In this document: piece after piece, positions 29,807-36,447 of the stretch
Numbering within the stretch: position 1 is the stretch's first letter
Layout of the letters: each line of letters starts with the position of its first letter
Sequence record: SRR22947725_1716
Reading direction: 5' to 3' (one strand)
Length of the DNA stretch: 36,447 nt
Notes under the pieces: generated by a model
Seen by the model: only the letters and a program-made list of their open reading frames with translations
The model's database searches: none
Told to the model about the DNA's origin: nothing
Translations under genes and position numbers: made by a program

Positions 29807-30810
29807 TATATAAAGCTTCTAAAGAGTGTATATTTCAAAACTAGTTCAGTTGTCAAAAAAATAATAGCCAGTAAAATATAAAACCTATATTTTTCTTCAT
29901 GATTATAGTATTTAATTTCTTCAACATCTGATTTTTCTAATTTGTTTATTTCGCTGTAAATTTCTTGTAATTTCTTGTTATTAGTAGCTCTAAAGTATTT
30001 ACCACCAGTAGTTTCTGCAATTTCAATAAGTAAATTTTCATCAATTTCAACTTGAATTTTTGCATAACTGAATTTTCCGTTCTTATCAATTCCAACAGGT
30101 GAAAGAGCCATTCCATTAGTGCCTATGCCAATCGTGTATATTTTTATTCCATATTCAATTGCTAATTCAGCAGCTGTATTTGGATCTATAAACCCAGAAT
30201 TATTAACCCCATCAGTCAACAAAATAATAACTTTACTTTTGGCTTTACTGTCCTTTATCCTATTAACAGATGTAGCTAATCCCATTCCTATAGCAGTACC
30301 ACCCTCAATTATAGTGTTATAATTAATTTCATTAAGTGATTTTATTATAATATTCTTATCACTAGTAATCGGAGTTTTTGTATAACTCTCTCCAGCATAT
30401 TCTACCAATCCTATTCTGTCATTAGTTCTGTCCAAAATAAAATTAGAAGCAACATTTTTTAAGGCCTCTAATCTATTGGGCTTTAAATCTTTTGCTAACA
30501 TACTGGCTGAAACATCAATTGCCATTACAATGTCTATTCCTTGATTATTTTTAATCTTGGTTGTCACATCAATTATCTGAGGTCTTGCCAATGCTATGAT
30601 TATAAATATTAAAGATAAAATTCTAAGAATATTTAAGACTGGCTTTAGCTTTGGAAGAATAGAGGGTTGAAATAATAGAGCCTTTGTATTTGGAACTGAT
30701 ATCGAATTATTGAACTTATTTTTTTTCAAAATAAACCAAATACAAGCGATTGGGACTACTAATAGCAACCAAAAAAACTCGGGATTTAAAAACTGTATTT
30801 TAAAAGTCAT
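29806..30810 (-). CDS. batA: BatA, von Willebrand factor A domain protein
   Basis: N-terminal F.NP..FWLL, ALARPQ, MIDAS DVSAS, GTAIGMGL, LLTDG.NN.G, TGGKYFRA. Confidence 0.93.
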   Translation of the reverse strand: MTFKIQFLNPEFFWLLLVVPIACIWFILKKNKFNNSISVPNTKALLFQPSILPKLKPVLNILRILSLIFIIIALARPQIIDVTTKIKNNQGIDIVMAIDVSASMLAKDLKPNRLEALKNVASNFILDRTNDRIGLVEYAGESYTKTPITSDKNIIIKSLNEINYNTIIEGGTAIGMGLATSVNRIKDSKAKSKVIILLTDGVNNSGFIDPNTAAELAIEYGIKIYTIGIGTNGMALSPVGIDKNGKFSYAKIQVEIDENLLIEIAETTGGKYFRATNNKKLQEIYSEINKLEKSDVEEIKYYNHEEKYRFYILLAIIFLTTELVLKYTLFRSFI

Positions 30811-32453
30811 TAGTTTGTTTTGTTTTTTACTAATTCAATAGAGTTTATAATTCTGTCAATAATTTCAACAATATAGTTGTCATTTTCTTCCCATGAAATA
30901 AAGATCTGTTTATAATCCTGATTGTTGATAAATCCAAATATTTTATATTTTGACTTTCTAAATTGATTTGGCTTGTCCACAGGAAAATCTGCAGATCCAT
31001 AAATCATTAATCCCTCTGCTTCATTGGGAGTTTGAAATTTTTCAAATTTAGTAATGATGTTTTTAACTCCCAGTTCTTCAATAGTTTCGATAGAATTATT
31101 CATTACATCTTGTAGTTTAATACTAGATCTGTTTTCAGGAAGTTTAAAATTAGTAAGTGTAATATAAAATGGATCCTTAATATTATTAAAACTAAATTCT
31201 GATTTTAAAGAGGCTTCAACTACACTAAATGTAAGGCTATCAGTATTTCTAATTAACACCTGTGGGGTTGAAATTGTAATCGGTGGAGCACCATAACTAG
31301 AACTAACCCAATTGTCAGATTCAAGAAATATCAAATTTTGTTTTTGAAATATCTTATCATTCACGTAAGTAAAACCATAAATTATAGAAGCAGTTAAATA
31401 AATAAGAAATAGAGATAATAGTGAGAATATTATAATTTTATTATTTCTATTTTTTAATCTTTTTCTTCTGAGGTCTTCTTGAATTTTAAGGTTTTTTTCT
31501 AATTCTTCTTCAGAGGGTTCAGGTAAGATTAATTTAATCTTTTCAAGCTCCTTGGTTAGTGTTTCTAAATCAGTTGATGCAGATTGAGTGTCTGGCTCGT
31601 ATTTTGCAAACTTAACAAGATCTGCTCTGGAAAATATATCTTCAATATTTTTTAAAGTTGAATTAGAAAAGTTTAGTTTCTTTGATGTTTTTAATAAAGA
31701 GAGTTTCTGAATTAATTCTTTTGTTGTACACTCTAATGCATTATCTATTATTTTTTCTTCAATAAAATTTCTAATTACAAATGTTAAATCTGAATAATAA
31801 GTTTTGATGTCTATTTCAGAAAGGTAATTGAGGTCTTTAATTTTTGACAGCTCAGTTACAGCCTTTTCATAAGGTGTGAAATATTCTACATCCAATTTAT
31901 TAATTTTAAAAAATGAGAAAATCTGATTTTTAAAGTATAAGAAAGTACAGATGACAATGATAAATATTAAAATATAAAGCCAAAACAGAAAATCAAACTT
32001 AGTGTTTGATTTCATAATAGGTTTTATATCATAAAGGCCTTGTTTAGTGGTATCTATTTTTATAGGGTTAATTGTTACTTTAAAGGAATCTAATTTGATT
32101 TCTTTATTTAAAAGACTTAATTTTTGTGAAGGGATATAGTATGTGCCAGAGTCAAAAAAAGTTAAAGCAAACTGCTTACTTATTATAAATTTTTTATCTA
32201 AATAGTTGGTATCTACTTTAAATTCATTAATGAGTTCAAAGGGAGCAAAATCTTTAGCTTTAGGAAAATTAATTTCATCTAATGAATCTAATTTAATATT
32301 GATTTTATAATTAATCTGTTCTCCAATTCTAATACTTGTAGTATCTACAAAGTTTGAGGCCTCTTGAGCATTTAATAGGTTAATAAAAGCAAAGAAGAAT
32401 AGTCCTAAAAATTTTATTTTTAAAAAATTATATGTTAAACTGTTAATTTTCAT
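30810..32453 (-). CDS. Bat-operon-associated membrane protein (BatD-like N-terminus)
   Basis: Signal peptide, DTTSIRIGE, LTFFDSG, YDIKP, TM, R.FIE..ALE.TT, ADLVKFAK, coiled coil, second TM and C-terminal domain. Confidence 0.78.
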   Translation of the reverse strand: MKINSLTYNFLKIKFLGLFFFAFINLLNAQEASNFVDTTSIRIGEQINYKINIKLDSLDEINFPKAKDFAPFELINEFKVDTNYLDKKFIISKQFALTFFDSGTYYIPSQKLSLLNKEIKLDSFKVTINPIKIDTTKQGLYDIKPIMKSNTKFDFLFWLYILIFIIVICTFLYFKNQIFSFFKINKLDVEYFTPYEKAVTELSKIKDLNYLSEIDIKTYYSDLTFVIRNFIEEKIIDNALECTTKELIQKLSLLKTSKKLNFSNSTLKNIEDIFSRADLVKFAKYEPDTQSASTDLETLTKELEKIKLILPEPSEEELEKNLKIQEDLRRKRLKNRNNKIIIFSLLSLFLIYLTASIIYGFTYVNDKIFQKQNLIFLESDNWVSSSYGAPPITISTPQVLIRNTDSLTFSVVEASLKSEFSFNNIKDPFYITLTNFKLPENRSSIKLQDVMNNSIETIEELGVKNIITKFEKFQTPNEAEGLMIYGSADFPVDKPNQFRKSKYKIFGFINNQDYKQIFISWEENDNYIVEIIDRIINSIELVKNKTN

Positions 32454-33320
32454 TTAACTTCTATTTTTAAAATATCCAAGTAACTTTTTAACATAACTCT
32501 CTTCAATTCCACAATTGATAACTCCAGCTCCAGAGCGTTTGAAGTTATTCTCAAATACTTTTACATTAGACAAATACTGTTTTTTATAAGATGATCTAAC
32601 TCTTGAAGAACATGTATTGATTGTAGAAACGACTCCTGTTTCACTATCTATAGCTTGAATCAAACCCAAATTTGGAATTGATTCTTCCCCCTTATCAAAA
32701 ATTCTAATTCCAGTAATATCATGTTTGGAAGAACTAATTTTTAAGCTTTTAAAATAATCAGGCGAAATAAAATCAGATATTATGAATACAATCGATTTGT
32801 TTTTTTGGATGTTCGACAAAAATTTAAATGCAAAATGAATATCGGTTTTTTTACTTATCGGCTTAAAGTCTAATAATTCTCTGATTATTCTTAATATATG
32901 TGTCTTGCCTTTTTTAGGTGGAATGTACAATTCAATTACATCTGTGAATAATATTAAACCAATTTTATCATTGTTTTGATTCGCTGAAAAAGATAAAGTT
33001 GCGGCAATTTCAGTAACATATTCATTTTTAAAAACATCGTTGGTTCCAAAAAATTTAGACCCAGAGACGTCTACCATTAACATTAATGTCTGCTCTCGTT
33101 CTTCTTCAAAAACTTTTATATATGGCTCTTTATACCTAGCCGTTACATTCCAGTCAATCGTCCTAACATCGTCACCTATTTGATACTGTCTAACTTCACT
33201 AAAAGTCATTCCCTTTCCCTTAAAAGTAGAATGGTATTCACCACCAAAAATATGGTCTGATAACCTTCTAGTTTTAATTTCAATTTTTCTAACTTTCTTT
33301 AAAAGATCTTTAGTATCCAT
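32454..33320 (-). CDS. DUF58 family protein (MoxR-associated)
   Basis: FKGKGMTFSEVRQY..GDDVR.IDWNVTAR, FEEERE, DVSGS, ISDF. Confidence 0.95.
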   Translation of the reverse strand: MDTKDLLKKVRKIEIKTRRLSDHIFGGEYHSTFKGKGMTFSEVRQYQIGDDVRTIDWNVTARYKEPYIKVFEEEREQTLMLMVDVSGSKFFGTNDVFKNEYVTEIAATLSFSANQNNDKIGLILFTDVIELYIPPKKGKTHILRIIRELLDFKPISKKTDIHFAFKFLSNIQKNKSIVFIISDFISPDYFKSLKISSSKHDITGIRIFDKGEESIPNLGLIQAIDSETGVVSTINTCSSRVRSSYKKQYLSNVKVFENNFKRSGAGVINCGIEESYVKKLLGYFKNRS

Positions 33321-33330
33321 AAATCAAAAT

Positions 33331-34326
33331 TTAAGGGACTTCAATTTGATTAACAATTTTATTTATGATGTCAACAGATGTTAAGTTTTCTGCCTCAGCC
33401 TCATAAGTAATTCCTATTCTGTGCCTTAAAACATCATGAACAACTGCCCTAACATCTTCAGGAATAACATACCCTCTTCTTTTAATAAAGGCATAACACT
33501 TTGAAGCTAATGCAAGATTAATACTACCTCTTGGGGATGCTCCAAAGGATATTAAAGGCTCAAGTTCAGATAATTTATATTTTGAAGGTTCTCTAGTTGC
33601 AAAAATTATATCTAGGATATATGACTCTATTTTTTCATCCATATAAACCTCGTTAATTGTTTTTTGAGCTTTAATAATTTCTTTGATTGAAACAACTGGA
33701 CTAATTTTTTCAAAACTACCAGATAAATTTGCTCTAATAATTAATTTTTCATCATCCATAGATGGGTAATCAACTACTGTTTTTAACATAAATCTATCGA
33801 CTTGGGCTTCAGGTAATGTATAAGTCCCTTCTTGCTCTACAGGGTTTTGCGTAGCCATTACTAAAAAAGGTTTATCTAAAATGAAAGTTTCATCACCAAT
33901 AGTAACCTGCTTTTCTTGCATGGCTTCAAGTAAAGCAGACTGCACTTTAGCAGGAGCTCTATTTATTTCATCAGCTAAAACAAAATTTGCAAAGATAGGT
34001 CCTTTTTTCACTGAAAAATTAGTCTCTTTAATATTATATATTTGGGTACCAACAACATCAGCGGGAAGTAAATCAGGTGTAAATTGAATTCTACTAAAAG
34101 ACCCTTTTATGGCCTTAGATAAGGAATTAATAACGAGTGTTTTGGCTAAACCAGGCACTCCTTCTAACAGGATATGTCCTTGACCAAGAAGACCTATTAA
34201 TAACCTTTCAATCATTGACTTTTGCCCAACAATTACCTTGTTAAGTTCAAATATTAGTAAATCGATAAAAGCACTCTCTTTCTCAATTTTTTCATTAATT
34301 TCCTTAATATTTATTTTATTTTCCAT
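33331..34326 (-). CDS. moxR: MoxR family AAA+ ATPase
   Basis: EGVPGLAKT, RIQFTPDLLPAD, LADEINR, ATQNPVEQEGTY.LPEAQ.DRF, GASPR, LRHRI. Confidence 0.97.
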   Translation of the reverse strand: MENKINIKEINEKIEKESAFIDLLIFELNKVIVGQKSMIERLLIGLLGQGHILLEGVPGLAKTLVINSLSKAIKGSFSRIQFTPDLLPADVVGTQIYNIKETNFSVKKGPIFANFVLADEINRAPAKVQSALLEAMQEKQVTIGDETFILDKPFLVMATQNPVEQEGTYTLPEAQVDRFMLKTVVDYPSMDDEKLIIRANLSGSFEKISPVVSIKEIIKAQKTINEVYMDEKIESYILDIIFATREPSKYKLSELEPLISFGASPRGSINLALASKCYAFIKRRGYVIPEDVRAVVHDVLRHRIGITYEAEAENLTSVDIINKIVNQIEVP

Positions 34327-34484
34327 CTTTTAAATTTTAATATTACAGTGTTAAAGAAATAACACTTTGCAATTTGTTAAAAATATTACTTCTACCCTGT
34401 TAATAATTGGTTAAAAAAACAAAAAATTAACAATTATTTTAACATATTTTTTAAAAATATTTAATAGATGCATATATTTATAGG

Positions 34485-35240
34485 ATGGATAAAATAGCAT
34501 TAATTACTGGAGCAACTAGTGGGATTGGAAAAGCAACTGCATATGAGTTAGCCAAAGTTGGATTTAAACTTATTCTTTGTGGTAGACGAAATGAAGTTCT
34601 CTGCTCAATAGAAGATGACTTAAATAAAATAACTTCAACAATTTCATTGTGCTTTGATGTTTCATTGAATTCTGAAGTTATTCGTTCAATTTCCAGCTTA
34701 CCAGAAAAATGGAAAAATATACATGTACTAATAAATAATGCTGGAAATGCACATGGTATGGATTTTTTTCAAGATGGAAATATCAATGATTGGGATAAAA
34801 TGATTGATATTAATGTTAAAGGACTAATGTATGTGACAAAAGCTATTATTAATAATATGATTGAAAATTCAACTGGTCACATTATAAATATTGGGTCTCT
34901 TGCAGGCAGAGAAGTTTATCCCAAAGGAAATATTTACTGCGCAAGTAAATACGCTGTAAAAGCAATAAGTCAGAGTCTACGATTAGACCTAAATAAGCAT
35001 GATATTAAAGTCTCAGAAATTAATCCTGGGCTGGTTGAAACATCTTTTTCTGATGTAAGGTTTAAAGGTGATACGCAAACTGCTAAAAATGTTTACAGAG
35101 GATATGAAGCATTACAAGCAGAAGATATAGCAGAAATTATTTCATTTGTTATATCAAGACCAAAACATGTAAATATTGCTGATATACTTGTTTTACCTTC
35201 CGATCAAGCCTGTAGTACTCTAATTAATAAAAAATTATAA
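34485..35240 (+). CDS. Short-chain dehydrogenase/reductase, YdfG-like
   Basis: [36 protein letters not shown]. Confidence 0.92.
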   Translation: MDKIALITGATSGIGKATAYELAKVGFKLILCGRRNEVLCSIEDDLNKITSTISLCFDVSLNSEVIRSISSLPEKWKNIHVLINNAGNAHGMDFFQDGNINDWDKMIDINVKGLMYVTKAIINNMIENSTGHIINIGSLAGREVYPKGNIYCASKYAVKAISQSLRLDLNKHDIKVSEINPGLVETSFSDVRFKGDTQTAKNVYRGYEALQAEDIAEIISFVISRPKHVNIADILVLPSDQACSTLINKKL

Positions 35241-36446
35241 ATCAAACTTAATTCCTTGTGCTAATGGTAAATCAGTAGTATAATTTATGGTATTTGTTTG
35301 TCTTCTCATGTACACTTTCCAAGCATCTGAACCAGATTCTCTTCCCCCTCCAGTATCTTTTTCTCCTCCAAATGCACCTCCAATTTCAGCTCCAGAGGTT
35401 CCAATATTTACATTAGCAATACCGCAATCTGATCCATTTACAGATAAAAATAACTCAGCCTCTCTAAGGTTGTTAGTCATAATAGAAGATGACAATCCTT
35501 GTTTTACCTCGTTTTGAATTTCAATTGCATTTTCAACTGAACCACTATACTTTAACAAGTATAAAACTGGAGCAAATGTTTCGTGCTGCACAATATTAAA
35601 ATTTGGTTTAGCTTCAGCAATTGCAGGCTTTACATAACATCCACTTTCGTATCCTTCACCTGATAAAACACCACCATTAACTATTATTTTTCCACCTTCT
35701 TCTACAACTTTTTTTAATGCATCGTTGTAAGAATCAACAGCAAGTGTATCAATTAATGGTCCAACGTGATTTGATTCATCCAAAGGGTTACCAATTTTTA
35801 ATTGCTTATAAGCTTCGACTAATGCGTTTTTTACTTTATCATAAATAGTTTCGTGTATAATTAATCTTCTTGTACTAGTACATCTTTGACCTGCAGTGCC
35901 GACTGCTCCAAATACGGAACCAATCACTGTCATTTTTAAATCTGAATCTGGAGATACAATTATTGCATTATTTCCTCCTAATTCTAATAATGACTTTCCT
36001 AATCTCCCGGCTACCTCGCTAGCTACAATTTTACCCATTCTAGTTGAACCAGTTGCCGAAACCAAAGGAATTCTAGAATCCCTACTCATAAACTCACCTA
36101 CTTTATAATCTCCGTTAATAAGACAAGATACACCTTCAGGAACATTGTTTTCTTTAAAAACTTCCGCTATAATGTTTTGACAAGCTATCCCACATAAAGG
36201 AGTTTTTTCACTAGGTTTCCACACACAAACATCTCCACAAACCCAAGCTAATGCAGTATTCCATGCCCAAACTGCTACAGGAAAATTAAAAGCAGAAATA
36301 ATACCTACAATTCCTAAAGAATGGTATTGTTCATACATTCTGTGACCTGGCCTTTCACTATGCATTGTTAATCCGTGAAGTTGCCTTGACAAACCAACTG
36401 CAAAGTCACATATATCGATCATTTCTTGAACTTCTCCTAATCCTTC
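35235..36446 (-). CDS. amaB: ALDH7/antiquitin-type aldehyde dehydrogenase (piperideine-6-carboxylate dehydrogenase-like); 5' end outside the window
   Basis: Frame is open to the window edge ([23 protein letters not shown]). Motifs [15 protein letters not shown], catalytic [24 protein letters not shown]. Confidence 0.85.
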   Translation of the reverse strand, partial: EGLGEVQEMIDICDFAVGLSRQLHGLTMHSERPGHRMYEQYHSLGIVGIISAFNFPVAVWAWNTALAWVCGDVCVWKPSEKTPLCGIACQNIIAEVFKENNVPEGVSCLINGDYKVGEFMSRDSRIPLVSATGSTRMGKIVASEVAGRLGKSLLELGGNNAIIVSPDSDLKMTVIGSVFGAVGTAGQRCTSTRRLIIHETIYDKVKNALVEAYKQLKIGNPLDESNHVGPLIDTLAVDSYNDALKKVVEEGGKIIVNGGVLSGEGYESGCYVKPAIAEAKPNFNIVQHETFAPVLYLLKYSGSVENAIEIQNEVKQGLSSSIMTNNLREAELFLSVNGSDCGIANVNIGTSGAEIGGAFGGEKDTGGGRESGSDAWKVYMRRQTNTINYTTDLPLAQGIKFDL

Positions 36447-36447
36447 T

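Overview
AT-rich, densely packed chromosomal segment, most likely from a streamlined aquatic Flavobacteriales (Bacteroidota) bacterium. Evidence for this: TAnnTTTG promoter elements, stand-alone atpDC, PorZ and a bat operon. Gene order: TonB-dependent receptor plus surface SGNH/GDSL-like lipoprotein; atpD-atpC; umuC-umuD (minus strand); a BtuB-like receptor; porZ-recO-TBDR-recX (minus); gdhA; a Cys/Met PLP enzyme; ArsC/Spx-like protein and EamA transporter; yicC-gmk-nadD-gpsA; pheS; a conserved hypothetical gene; cvpA; moxR-DUF58-hyp-batABCDE; an SDR; and an ALDH7-type dehydrogenase cut by the window edge. I saw no RNA genes, CRISPR arrays, phage genes or IS elements. Mostly core genome. Best leads: (1) a COG4337/iota-type carbonic anhydrase-like gene coupled to the end of the bat operon; (2) the TBDR plus an unusually Lys-poor lipoprotein with divergent SGNH motifs, possibly a non-SusD uptake pair; (3) umuC-before-umuD order, converging on atpDC with no terminator; (4) several inverted repeats overlapping promoters. 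All family assignments come from motif recognition by eye, not database searches.
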